A stretch of 64,000 nucleotides of DNA from an uncultured Pseudomonadales bacterium (GCA_964635905.1 CAZWPK010000003.1:66459-130458); one strand, 5' to 3'. Counted from the stretch's first letter, positions 18,937-27,860 are shown. Made by a program: numbers and translations. The notes: generated by a model not told the origin, from the sequence alone.

Positions 18937-19587
18937 TTATGGACACGAAGAACCTGCTTGCCAGGACCATGCTTTGGCAGCACCATTTTGACAGCTGCAC
19001 GGTTCCCAGTGTGCATAAGGAATACCAGTGGTTGTTTGACACTTTACATTAGCGGCAGCACCACCTACACAGTATCCTCCAGCGCCACCATCACTGGAGC
19101 TTACTCCAACCTGACAGATCTGAGTCCCCGTTCCAGAACCACCTGAGCCACCACTTCCGCCGTTGCTGCTACCGGGGACATATTGTTGAGGTTGATTTAA
19201 TCCTAACAAGCTTACTGGGCCACCATTGATTCCTAAGAAGTAGAAGAGAATTCCCACAATCGCAAACACTGATGCAAAAATTGCAAAACCCACTATGGCT
19301 TGCGTAATCATGCTTCGCGCTGCTTCGACTTTGCTTTTATCTCCACCCGCAAGTACCCAGTTAGCACCACCCCAAACTAAATATCCAAATAGAATTAACC
19401 CAGTGATTCCTAGTCCCACATTCGCAAGTCGAGCAATCAGTAATCCTAAATCCACCACAAAGTATCCAGCTGTTCCCGCATCCAAGGTGAGGTCGGGTGT
19501 AGCTCCAGGTGCGCCTTGAGCAAAAATTTGAGAAGGAGCAAGAATGAATAGGAGAATGAGAACAAAGAATATAGTCTTAATATTCAT
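18937..19587 (-). CDS. VirB2-type pilin with Gly linker and Cys-rich C-terminal domain
   Basis: WVLAGGDKSKVEAARSMITQAIVG then GGSGGSGGSG linker and 6 Cys. Confidence 0.8.
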   Translation of the reverse strand: MNIKTIFFVLILLFILAPSQIFAQGAPGATPDLTLDAGTAGYFVVDLGLLIARLANVGLGITGLILFGYLVWGGANWVLAGGDKSKVEAARSMITQAIVGFAIFASVFAIVGILFYFLGINGGPVSLLGLNQPQQYVPGSSNGGSGGSGGSGTGTQICQVGVSSSDGGAGGYCVGGAAANVKCQTTTGIPYAHWEPCSCQNGAAKAWSWQAGSSCP

Positions 19588-19595
19588 AGATAAAA

Positions 19596-20036
19596 CTAGA
19601 ATTTTCCACCCATGATAGGAGTGGGAAGATTTTGCAAACCACCTGTTCCGGTTGCCGGAACTTGCTGTCTAGACGAAAAGGTCTTCCCGAAAATATTAAG
19701 CTGAATGCGATCACCAAGTCCGAAGAAGTTAAGGACAATTGCATAGATTGCAAACACCGAGGCGAGGACCACTAGTCCAATTGCTGCTTGGGTCAACGTA
19801 GCGCGGGCTTCTTCCACTTTCCCTTTATCTCCACCGGATGTTACCCATTTAAGCGCTCCTAAAAAGAAGAACACTAATACTGCAAGCGCTCCAACAGTTA
19901 ATGCTGCGCGAGCACCTATTTCAATTAGGTTCCCAAACGTTTGAATAGGTGAGATTTCTAATGTGCGGGACTGTAAGTCAATTACTTGTGTTGGGGTTGT
20001 AGGAGCCTTTGGTGCTTGTGCAAGATAGTTCATCAT
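19596..20036 (-). CDS. VirB2-type pilin
   Basis: WVTSGGDKGKVEEARATLTQAAIGL between two TM helices. Confidence 0.8.
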   Translation of the reverse strand: MMNYLAQAPKAPTTPTQVIDLQSRTLEISPIQTFGNLIEIGARAALTVGALAVLVFFFLGALKWVTSGGDKGKVEEARATLTQAAIGLVVLASVFAIYAIVLNFFGLGDRIQLNIFGKTFSSRQQVPATGTGGLQNLPTPIMGGKF

Positions 20037-20037
20037 A

Positions 20038-20391
20038 TTAAAGATTATTGGCGAACTCTGGTTGTAATAGATTAAAGCCTAATAGACTACTAATGAACAA
20101 ACTGATTGCAACGGTACCCACAAGCACGAGCAGACCGATGATTGATTGGGTAATCCTATTTCGTGCACTTTCAATTTTCCCTTTATCACCTCCGGCCAAA
20201 ATCCATTCCAATGCTCCGTAAATCAACATTACCAGAAGGGCAATGCTTCCTAATGTAACCGCAGTTCGCCACAGAGTAACAATAATATTTCCTAGCGCAA
20301 ATGCTCCTGTTCCTGCACCAAAATCTGCTGTAATTGCAGGGTTAGTAATGACATTCTGGTTTAGCTTTGACTGTGCGATGAATGCAAACAT
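20038..20391 (-). CDS. VirB2-type pilin
   Basis: WILAGGDKGKIESARNRITQSIIGL. Confidence 0.8.
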   Translation of the reverse strand: MFAFIAQSKLNQNVITNPAITADFGAGTGAFALGNIIVTLWRTAVTLGSIALLVMLIYGALEWILAGGDKGKIESARNRITQSIIGLLVLVGTVAISLFISSLLGFNLLQPEFANNL

Positions 20392-20393
20392 AC

Positions 20394-20756
20394 TTATGGT
20401 GTTAATTTTTGTAATACGGAAATAGGATCTAAAATATCAATTCCTAAAACTCCACCCACAATTCCTGAAATTGCATAGGCAGCAATAACCACGACTAGTC
20501 CGAGAGCAGCTTGTGTCATCTGGCTACGAGCACTTTCAACTTTTCCTTTATCTCCACCAGCTGACACCCAAGAGAGTCCAGCAAAGATTAAGTAGATAAG
20601 AAACATTAAGCCAGCTAGGGCCGTTAAAAATCCAATGAAAGTGCTCACAAAGGTGACAACAGGTGTACCAGCGCCGACTGCGTCCGATCCCGTTGGGGCA
20701 AATGGAGAGGCAATTGGGGCGATAGTTCCGAGTCGGACAGCGATAAGATTAAACAT
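20394..20756 (-). CDS. VirB2-type pilin
   Basis: WVSAGGDKGKVESARSQMTQAALGL. Confidence 0.8.
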   Translation of the reverse strand: MFNLIAVRLGTIAPIASPFAPTGSDAVGAGTPVVTFVSTFIGFLTALAGLMFLIYLIFAGLSWVSAGGDKGKVESARSQMTQAALGLVVVIAAYAISGIVGGVLGIDILDPISVLQKLTP

Positions 20757-20761
20757 AAGTA

Positions 20762-21133
20762 TTATGGTGCCTGTGGAATATCTGGATTCAGGATATACAT
20801 TGCATCGCCAAATAATAGGAAACTGATGATACCTGTGATTCCAAACGAGCCGACAATCACGACTAGTCCGAGTAAACTGTTTGTGAGTTGCTGCATTGCT
20901 TGTTCGGTGGCCTTTGGATTTCCAGCAGAGCCAAGATAAGTGTAGCCGGCAGCTATGATATTAAATAAGCCGAACAAACCAGCAATGATGCTGATAAGTT
21001 TAACTACATTAGAAATGAAGCCGAAGATACCGATGCCACCTTGTGACGCAGCGTTAAAACGCTGTACCCCTGGTGGCGGGGTCACAACCCCGAAAATTCC
21101 TTGTGTGATGAGAACATAAGCGGTTGCGTACAT
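20762..21133 (-). CDS. VirB2-type pilin
   Basis: YLGSAGNPKATEQAMQQLTNSLLGL; start moved to ATG 21133 to avoid overlap. Confidence 0.75.
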   Translation of the reverse strand: MYATAYVLITQGIFGVVTPPPGVQRFNAASQGGIGIFGFISNVVKLISIIAGLFGLFNIIAAGYTYLGSAGNPKATEQAMQQLTNSLLGLVVIVGSFGITGIISFLLFGDAMYILNPDIPQAP

Positions 21134-21146
21134 AGTGTAGTTTTTA

Positions 21147-21509
21147 TTATAGCGTAGAGTTAAAGATTTGGACACCAGTGATCAACTCTACGATTTGTAC
21201 AATCCAGTATGCTGCAAAAATTACTACTAACCCTAAAACGGCGGTGACAATCTGGTTTTTCCCTTGCTCCATGTTTTTGGCGTTCCCACCAGAGGCAATG
21301 ATCGCAAAACCTCCTCCGATCAGGAGAAATAGGAAGATTAACCCAGCAACAATGAATGCTAAAGGAACAAAAAGGTTAAGAAAAGCAGCAAGATTGGGGT
21401 ACAGTGAGCTAACACCCCGATCAACAATTGGTCCTCCAGGATAAACGGGAACTCCTTGGCCAGTTTTTAGTGAGGTTCCCAAGTCGATCTGTGACAAGAG
21501 TGTAAGCAT
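21147..21509 (-). CDS. VirB2-type pilin (first gene of the array)
   Basis: IIASGGNAKNMEQGKNQIVTAVLGL; ATG 21509 downstream of TATACT. Confidence 0.78.
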   Translation of the reverse strand: MLTLLSQIDLGTSLKTGQGVPVYPGGPIVDRGVSSLYPNLAAFLNLFVPLAFIVAGLIFLFLLIGGGFAIIASGGNAKNMEQGKNQIVTAVLGLVVIFAAYWIVQIVELITGVQIFNSTL

Positions 21510-21537
21510 ATCTACTATGTAGTATACAATATTGCGT
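21510..21537. promoter_or_regulatory. Overlapping divergent -10 boxes for the pilin array (-) and the ECF sigma operon (+)
   Basis: AGTATACAAT at 21521-21530 reads TATACT on - and TACAAT on +; only 28 nt separate the two ATGs. Confidence 0.55.
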
Positions 21538-22071
21538 ATGACTTTTCCTAAAGAAAAGGAACTCATCGACCGATTGAAGAAGGGTGACGAATCAGCCGTA
21601 CGAGAATGGTACCAAGCTTACGCAACCAAGCTCTTGGGGTTTTTTCACTCCAAAGTGCAGGTGAGTAGCGACGCTGAAGAATTAGTGCAAGATACGTTTC
21701 TCTCCTGTCTTGCCTCACTCCCACTGTTCCGAGGAAGCTCAGGGCTCTACAGCTTTATGTTGGGGATCGCCCGTCATGAATTAGCGGACTATTGGAGAAA
21801 GAAGTACGCTAAGAAAGCCATCTCCGCATTGCCATTCGGTGAAGAGATCTTGCTTTCCCTAGCATCAGATCATTCTTCCCACCAAGACCAAGTCCACAAC
21901 ATTCTGTCTTCGCTTCCCGTTGAAATTTCAGAAGTACTGCTTTTAAAGTATGTGGATGGGTACTCCGTCAAACAACTGGCCGATCAGTTCGGGGTTTCCA
22001 ATGTTGCAATGCAAAGTCGGATCTATCGGGCAAAAGAAGCATTTGTAGCCGAGCTTGCTAAACAGGAATAG
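21538..22071 (+). CDS. ECF (sigma-70 group 4) RNA polymerase sigma factor
   Basis: LKKGDESA, DAEELVQDTF region 2, IARHELADYWRK, region 4 L.YVDGYSVKQLA...SRIYRAK. Confidence 0.92.
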   Translation: MTFPKEKELIDRLKKGDESAVREWYQAYATKLLGFFHSKVQVSSDAEELVQDTFLSCLASLPLFRGSSGLYSFMLGIARHELADYWRKKYAKKAISALPFGEEILLSLASDHSSHQDQVHNILSSLPVEISEVLLLKYVDGYSVKQLADQFGVSNVAMQSRIYRAKEAFVAELAKQE

Positions 22072-22073
22072 GT

Positions 22074-22295
22074 ATGAAGATGAACGAAGCAGAGTTTTTA
22101 GGTGTGCTCAAGCAAAAAGCCAGATCGCAAGCCAAAATAGATTCAAGTTCGCCGATCCCAAGTTTTTTAAAACCATTCTTTTCAGCGATGGGACTGCATT
22201 TCTGGCAGTTTTTGCTGGGGTTATCGTTTCTGATCAGCATTCCGGTGAGTATCTTAGGATTCGCAACAATATATAGTAGAGCACTGGGACTGTAA
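22074..22295 (+). CDS. Small single-TM membrane protein (possible anti-sigma factor)
   Basis: Directly after the ECF sigma; soluble N-terminus plus hydrophobic C-terminal helix. Confidence 0.55.
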   Translation: MKMNEAEFLGVLKQKARSQAKIDSSSPIPSFLKPFFSAMGLHFWQFLLGLSFLISIPVSILGFATIYSRALGL

Positions 22296-22297
22296 GC

Positions 22298-22591
22298 ATG
22301 AAATTTATTTATCACGTTCTAACAACTATTACAGGATTTCTACTTCATCCCTATCCAACTATGCAAAAAGTGGTCGATCAGGATGTGCCACTGACTTATC
22401 TCTTTTTCCCATTGTTTTTATGTATCTTGGGTTGGTGGATAGCTCGCACCTTTGTAGGTTTCTTCTTAGGTATGTTGCCACTGCTTGGTGTGTGGTGGTT
22501 CTTGGAGGTTTGGTGGCTAGTCTTTTGGGCAAGTTGGCAAATTGTCCTTCTCTATCTGTATCTGCGTTTTCGTTCCATTGCATCGAATTAA
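22298..22591 (+). CDS. Small membrane protein
   Basis: GFLLHPYPTM motif and 2-3 Trp-rich TM segments; operonic spacing. Confidence 0.6.
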   Translation: MKFIYHVLTTITGFLLHPYPTMQKVVDQDVPLTYLFFPLFLCILGWWIARTFVGFFLGMLPLLGVWWFLEVWWLVFWASWQIVLLYLYLRFRSIASN

Positions 22592-22656
22592 TTCTCCCCT
22601 GAATGATTTATTCTCTTTTTCCCGACACTATATATGTCTCTTGGGAAAGGAGAACT

Positions 22657-22893
22657 ATGCAAATCTCACGACACTGGCGACTAAACAGTCAGAGGTACCG
22701 CCTTGAAGGAGTACGGTATCAGAACGGACATGTTAGTCTGCAAAACAGGCCAGTTGTGCTTGAGGTACGAGAATTTCGAGGTAAGGAAATCCTTTCTAAG
22801 GCAGTTGAAGTTGCCAATGCACAGCCAGTGACAGTGACAGAGACAGAGGCAGTGACTGTAGCAGATGTAACGACATATGGAAATCGAACATGA
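22657..22893 (+). CDS. Degenerate DUF35-like protein (N-terminal segment only)
   Basis: MQISRHWRLNSQRYRLEG resembles the DUF35 N-terminus, but the zinc-ribbon Cys and OB fold are missing; AGGAG RBS upstream. Confidence 0.6.
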   Translation: MQISRHWRLNSQRYRLEGVRYQNGHVSLQNRPVVLEVREFRGKEILSKAVEVANAQPVTVTETEAVTVADVTTYGNRT

Positions 22894-23432
22894 TTAGTAA
22901 TCATCTTGATCAAGTCACACTAGTAAATGCGCAAGATGAGGTCATTGGCTCCATGGATAAAGTTGAGGCGCATAAAGGAGATGGAAAGCTGCATCGAGCA
23001 ATCTCTGTGTTTTTGTTCAACGAGAAGGATGAATTGCTTATTCAGCAACGGAGTGCCAAAAAGATTGTGGGTGCGCATCAATGGGCAAATACCTGTTGTG
23101 GAAATGTTCGTCCCACAGATTCATATCTTGAATGTGCTACACGTAGGCTGTCTGAAGAATTAGGAATTACTGGGGTTACGCTAACACCCATTACTAAATT
23201 CATCTATAAGGTTCGGTGTAATGATGAATTTAGCGAGCATGAGGTAGACACAGTTTTTATTGGTACCTACACAGAGAAGGTTATGCCCAACCCCGGAGAG
23301 GTTCAAGCTTACCAGTGGATTATAAAAAGCGAACTTAGAGCACTGATGGACCAGCAAACTCTATCTTTCGCCCCCTGGGTACAGTTCTTGTTGCAGCAAC
23401 CAAAAGTTCAGAAGGTGTTATATGGTGAATAG
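22890..23432 (+). CDS. idi: Type 1 isopentenyl-diphosphate delta-isomerase
   Basis: K.EAH...LHRAISVFLFN, QQRS..K, WANTCCG, EELG, EHEVD, PW. Confidence 0.92.
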   Translation: MISNHLDQVTLVNAQDEVIGSMDKVEAHKGDGKLHRAISVFLFNEKDELLIQQRSAKKIVGAHQWANTCCGNVRPTDSYLECATRRLSEELGITGVTLTPITKFIYKVRCNDEFSEHEVDTVFIGTYTEKVMPNPGEVQAYQWIIKSELRALMDQQTLSFAPWVQFLLQQPKVQKVLYGE

Positions 23433-24213
23433 TCGAGAAACAGGGGAACGAAGAATTCTGGGTGCACTAGCAGTTATTTCTAATCAGTCAGATATTTTGC
23501 TGATTAAAGATCCCCCCAAAGTAGAAGTTGCTGGTGCACAAAATCCGACAGCTATTAGTTGGTGGTCACGAACCGATAAGTATTCTTGGGGACTGCCTGG
23601 TGGAGGAAGGGGAGTTCAATCGAATGGTCAAGAAGAAACTTTGCTGATGACACTCTCTGGTGAGTTTACGGAAGAAGTAACAAAAAGGGAGGGTCGTCCC
23701 CATCGCAGACTTCCGTCTCCAAATACTAGGAGTGTAACCCAACAACCCTATCCCAACGTGGTGGCACAGGAAAAGAAGATTGAAGGGGAGTCTTTGTTTA
23801 TTCACCAATTTGGTGTGACATCCGTACATATCCCGCATGCGGGACTCACTAAGATCGCGCGCAAAGATATTCAACGAGCTTTGGATGAAGAACGAGCAGT
23901 TTGGATAAGTCTTCAGACACTAATAGACATCTTTAATAGTGAGGACCCTAGGTCAGCAAAAAGCGGTGACTTGAATTTTCGCCCTCAAGTTTTGATGACA
24001 GCGTATATTTGGTACCTGACATTCTCGGGGATTTCACCTTCGCATTTTAATGAAACAATCATTGAATCTAATAAAGGTGTCATTAGTTTTGTTGCAGAGT
24101 ATGCTGCTAGAACATATGGAACAATTAAAAATGGCTCGTTTGACATGAACGGTAGACTTGCTCAGCTAAATACATCAGATCGATTATTCTTACTTGGGAA
24201 GCAACGACAATGA
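23422..24213 (+). CDS. Hypothetical protein with a degenerate Nudix box
   Basis: WGLPGGG...EET......EFTEEV. Confidence 0.6.
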   Translation: MVNSRETGERRILGALAVISNQSDILLIKDPPKVEVAGAQNPTAISWWSRTDKYSWGLPGGGRGVQSNGQEETLLMTLSGEFTEEVTKREGRPHRRLPSPNTRSVTQQPYPNVVAQEKKIEGESLFIHQFGVTSVHIPHAGLTKIARKDIQRALDEERAVWISLQTLIDIFNSEDPRSAKSGDLNFRPQVLMTAYIWYLTFSGISPSHFNETIIESNKGVISFVAEYAARTYGTIKNGSFDMNGRLAQLNTSDRLFLLGKQRQ

Positions 24214-25043
24214 AACACAATGTTACCCTTCTAAAGCTCGGTGGAGCAGTCATTACCAACAAGGAAATTCCTGAATCTGTTCGGACAGATGTTCTAGACA
24301 GACTGATTAAAGAAATTTCTCAGGCTCAAAAACAATCTTCTAAATTGCTAGTCCTTGGGAATGGCGCCGGTAGTTTTGCCCATGTTCCGGCGACTCGATA
24401 CAAAACCATCGATGGATTTGTTGGTTCAGATAGCCGAATTGGAATGGCAATAACACAGGATAGTGCCGCACGTCTAAATCGCATCGTGGTTGCATCTTGT
24501 CTTCGTGAGGATATTCCGGCTGTAAGTGTGGCACCCTCCAATTCATTAATTACCGAAGCCAAAGTTGCAACAACCTGGTTCTCGGAGGTCTTTGAAGAGT
24601 ATCTTCGTAACCAATTGACCCCCGTAACCTATGGGGATGTGCTCGTCGATCGAAAGCAAGGCTGTACGATCTGGTCTACAGATAAGGTATTTTCCTTTTT
24701 TGCGCGTCAATTTCAACAGCGTGACTGGAATGTCGAACAGATCATCCATGTGACGGAAGCAACTGGAGTATGGCAAAAGGAAGGCAGTGATTGGAAAATG
24801 GATGGCACGGAGAAAGTCATCTATCCTCAGATTACTCCATCCATGCGGGAAGAGGTAAAATTATCGATGACGGATACAAAAGGATTTGATGTCACCGGTG
24901 GAATGTGGCACAAGATTGAGGAAGCCCTATCGTTAACGGAGTTAGGAATCACCACCAGAATCATATCTGGTCTTGAACCTGGTAATGTATACAAAGTATT
25001 AACCGGTGATACTTCGATTGGAACCACGATACATGGTGATTAA
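24210..25043 (+). CDS. ipk: Isopentenyl phosphate kinase (amino-acid kinase superfamily, archaeal IPK type)
   Basis: LKLGGAVITNK, GAGSFAH (IPK/FomA signature His), PVTYGDV, DVTGGM..KI; lies between idi and uppS. Confidence 0.85.
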   Translation: MKHNVTLLKLGGAVITNKEIPESVRTDVLDRLIKEISQAQKQSSKLLVLGNGAGSFAHVPATRYKTIDGFVGSDSRIGMAITQDSAARLNRIVVASCLREDIPAVSVAPSNSLITEAKVATTWFSEVFEEYLRNQLTPVTYGDVLVDRKQGCTIWSTDKVFSFFARQFQQRDWNVEQIIHVTEATGVWQKEGSDWKMDGTEKVIYPQITPSMREEVKLSMTDTKGFDVTGGMWHKIEEALSLTELGITTRIISGLEPGNVYKVLTGDTSIGTTIHGD

Positions 25044-25045
25044 TT

Positions 25046-25552
25046 ATGCCAGTTGATGATCAAGAAGAATTATTCTATTGGGTTAATGAAGCTGACGAAG
25101 TGCTTGGCAGTATCACGCGGTACCAGGCGCATCACTCCTTTAAACTGCATCGATCTATTGGAATCTTACTACGCAATGAGAAACAGGAGATGCTGTTTCA
25201 GCAGAGATCTCTACGTAAAGATCTCGACGGTGGGTTGTGGTTGTTTGCAGTTGGAGGACATGTAGCATTTGGGGATAGTTACGAGACGACCGCAAATCGA
25301 GAATTACAAGAAGAATTAGGAATTACTGCAGAGCTTACTTTTCTTAGAAAAGTAATATTTAACACAGGGAAGGAATATCAAATGGCCGGTATTTTTTCCG
25401 CAACAATTCCAAAAGCGACACCTTTACAATTAGACCCAATTGAAATTCAAGCAACAGCATGGGTTCCAATCAACGGCATTGCAGTGTTTACGCTCTCGCA
25501 TCCCTGCACTAATTGGACGATTGAAACTCTTAAGCAGACAGGATTTTTGTAG
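25046..25552 (+). CDS. Nudix hydrolase (IDI-like/YfcD-like)
   Basis: HRSIGI, QQRS..KD, AVGGHV..GDSY...ANRELQEELGI. Confidence 0.85.
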   Translation: MPVDDQEELFYWVNEADEVLGSITRYQAHHSFKLHRSIGILLRNEKQEMLFQQRSLRKDLDGGLWLFAVGGHVAFGDSYETTANRELQEELGITAELTFLRKVIFNTGKEYQMAGIFSATIPKATPLQLDPIEIQATAWVPINGIAVFTLSHPCTNWTIETLKQTGFL

Positions 25553-25571
25553 GATACAATAGAGACTTCGT

Positions 25572-26270
25572 ATGAAGCAAACTTCCAACATCCCAAACCA
25601 TCTCGCAATCATCATGGATGGAAATCGTCGTTGGGCACGATCCCATGGATGGGAAGCAATACGTGGTCACGAATACGTAGTCGATAACGTTATCGAACCA
25701 ATCGTGGATCGCTGTATTGAACTAGGTATTTCCTATCTAACCTTGTGGGCATTTAGTACAGAAAATTGGGAACGTGACAAACGCGAAATCGAAGGAATGA
25801 TGCAATTATTCCGACGTGCATTTGAGAAGAAGGTTGAAGACTTACATAAAAAAGGAGTGAAACTCCAGATTATTGGCGATATTGATCGGTTTCCCGAAGA
25901 CATTGCCAACAATGCCAAACGCTGGGTAGAGATATCGAAAGATAACACGAAGATTACGGTGAGCTTTGCGTTAAACTATGGGGGAAGGGAAGAATTGTTG
26001 CGCGCAATCAACTTGCTTCATCAACAGACTCCGACAGCGACAACAATTACCCAAGCTGACCTGGAATTACACCTTGCAACTACAGGCATGCCAGATCCCG
26101 ACTTAATCATTCGTCCTGGTGGACAGTTTCGACTATCCGGATTTTTGCCTTGGCAATCAGTGTATTCGGAGCTGTATTTCACTGACATTCTGATGCCGGA
26201 TTTTCAAGTCAATGAATTAAACGCAGCTTTAGAAGACTATGCCAACCGACAGCGTCGATTTGGCAAATAA
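25572..26270 (+). CDS. uppS: Undecaprenyl diphosphate synthase (cis-prenyltransferase)
   Basis: PNHLAIIMDGNRRWA, AFSTENWER, ALNYGGREE, DPDLIIRPGG..RLSGFLPWQ..YSEL. Confidence 0.97.
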   Translation: MKQTSNIPNHLAIIMDGNRRWARSHGWEAIRGHEYVVDNVIEPIVDRCIELGISYLTLWAFSTENWERDKREIEGMMQLFRRAFEKKVEDLHKKGVKLQIIGDIDRFPEDIANNAKRWVEISKDNTKITVSFALNYGGREELLRAINLLHQQTPTATTITQADLELHLATTGMPDPDLIIRPGGQFRLSGFLPWQSVYSELYFTDILMPDFQVNELNAALEDYANRQRRFGK

Positions 26271-26494
26271 ACCCTTGTTAATTTCCGCACTTTGTTTCTA
26301 AAAACGTGTATGTTCACGAAGTCGGTTGTGGAGTTGCTCCTGATGTGTTTCCACCCGAGGGAATAGCTGTCGAACCTACTGGAGTCGCAGCACTCATCGG
26401 TCCACTTCCACCTCCCAAAGGGAGCGGTGTACTCACTACTGTAGGTGCGGGAGTCGAACCAAGGAGTGGAAGGGGTGTCCCAGCTTTTCAAACG

Positions 26495-26723
26495 ATGAGT
26501 AGTTGTTCTGGATCCGAACTCATACTGTACTTAGATAAAATGGTGTGTGAAGAACAAAATAAACCGTACGCGTATGTTGTTTCCGACAATGGACAGTGTT
26601 ATGCGGTTTTTACCGCCCTTCAAAACCCCCACAGATCGTGCGATTGAAAAGCTAGGGTGTGAATATGGATTTGGTCCAGGGAATATGTTTAACTTCGGAG
26701 TTTCTAACGTTTCGATTCACTAA
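26495..26723 (+). pseudogene. Frameshifted C-terminal remnant of a type IV/GspG-like pilin
   Basis: YLDKMVCE..KPYAYVVSDNGQCYAVFTALQNP continues after a frameshift in a C5 run as TDRAIEKLGCEYGFGPGNMFNFGVSN; no N-terminal methylation helix. Confidence 0.5.
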
Positions 26724-26738
26724 TTCAAAAGTTCAAAT

Positions 26739-27815
26739 TTACAGAATATCAACGCGTAGGATTAGTTCCACTAATTGAGCTAAGAAATAGGAACAAAAGA
26801 GCAGCAAGAAACCGACAATGGCGTTCGTGATCCGTTGTTTTCCTGCCTCTTGGCTTTTGGGATTTGCGGCTCCAGTGAGCATTTCAAATCCTCCCCACAT
26901 AATCATGACGAAAAGAATGAGTCCGGCAAACGTAAACAAGTAAGGCAATAACCGAGAGATGATCCCTCTGGGGGTCGTGAGATCGGCAGTAGGCTGCTCA
27001 GCGAAAATTGAACTATTTAAGCTATCGAAAAGGGCAGTGGTGTTTTCACATACTCCTCGTGGAAAGGTACAGTCGCCAAGACCACACCCTTGAGTATTAC
27101 CACTGGTGCAGTAACTTGCGCCTCTTGAATTGATATACACCCTTGCATATCCATTTTGACGACAGAGAGCTTCTGCTTGACTGCGAAGCATTAATTGGTC
27201 GACGTTAAGGTTGATCTGTTGCCCCATACTGATCTGTCGAGCGTGCTGTTTTTGTTCTCGACTGCACAAGACATCCGTTCCATTTTCCTCAATACAGGTT
27301 TCTGTAACACTTCCATTTCCTAACAGCTGACACGAATCTGGAGCAAGTGTGAGTTGCGCTTGATTTGCGGTGGCTAAACATTGGGTGTTGGTTGCCTCTG
27401 TCCATCCGCAGCAACGTGCATTCGTTCCGCCAGCCGGATCGGTCAGAGAGATATTGGGGCACGTGGAGGGGCAATTATAATTATCTCGTGCATGTGTCCA
27501 CTTTGTTCCACAGGTTACGGTGCTACCGGGTGGGGCTAGAGGAAGAAAAGCAGATGAACATGCCCATTCGCGTCCCGGACGTTGTTGTGGGGTCTGAGTG
27601 AGTCCTAGCGGTGCAAACGCATCGACCCAGGTTGAATTCCGACAGACATAACACAGATTGTCGGTTCCCCAACACGCAGTTCCTTCCGCATACGATGCAA
27701 GCCCGTTTTCACATTTGGGTCCGCAGAGAGCTTGAGCTTTTGATGGCAGGAAAAATCCGACGCAAAAAAACAAACTAAGAATGAATACTTGGATTGTGAT
27801 TGCACTTCGCACCAT
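26739..27815 (-). CDS. Cys-rich ectodomain fused to a C-terminal VirB2-type pilin domain
   Basis: Signal peptide, many Cys residues, then MLTGAANPKSQEAGKQRITNAIVGF; ATG 6 nt after TACACT. Confidence 0.8.
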   Translation of the reverse strand: MVRSAITIQVFILSLFFCVGFFLPSKAQALCGPKCENGLASYAEGTACWGTDNLCYVCRNSTWVDAFAPLGLTQTPQQRPGREWACSSAFLPLAPPGSTVTCGTKWTHARDNYNCPSTCPNISLTDPAGGTNARCCGWTEATNTQCLATANQAQLTLAPDSCQLLGNGSVTETCIEENGTDVLCSREQKQHARQISMGQQINLNVDQLMLRSQAEALCRQNGYARVYINSRGASYCTSGNTQGCGLGDCTFPRGVCENTTALFDSLNSSIFAEQPTADLTTPRGIISRLLPYLFTFAGLILFVMIMWGGFEMLTGAANPKSQEAGKQRITNAIVGFLLLFCSYFLAQLVELILRVDIL

Positions 27816-27860
27816 CTTCTTAGTGTAGAAGATTTTCCATGATTGGTCCAACAGTGAGAC

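Noticed and set aside
26306-26647. 113-aa plus-strand ORF as a real gene
   Set aside because: It reads as a chimera of an antisense Pro/Thr-rich fragment and a pilin remnant.
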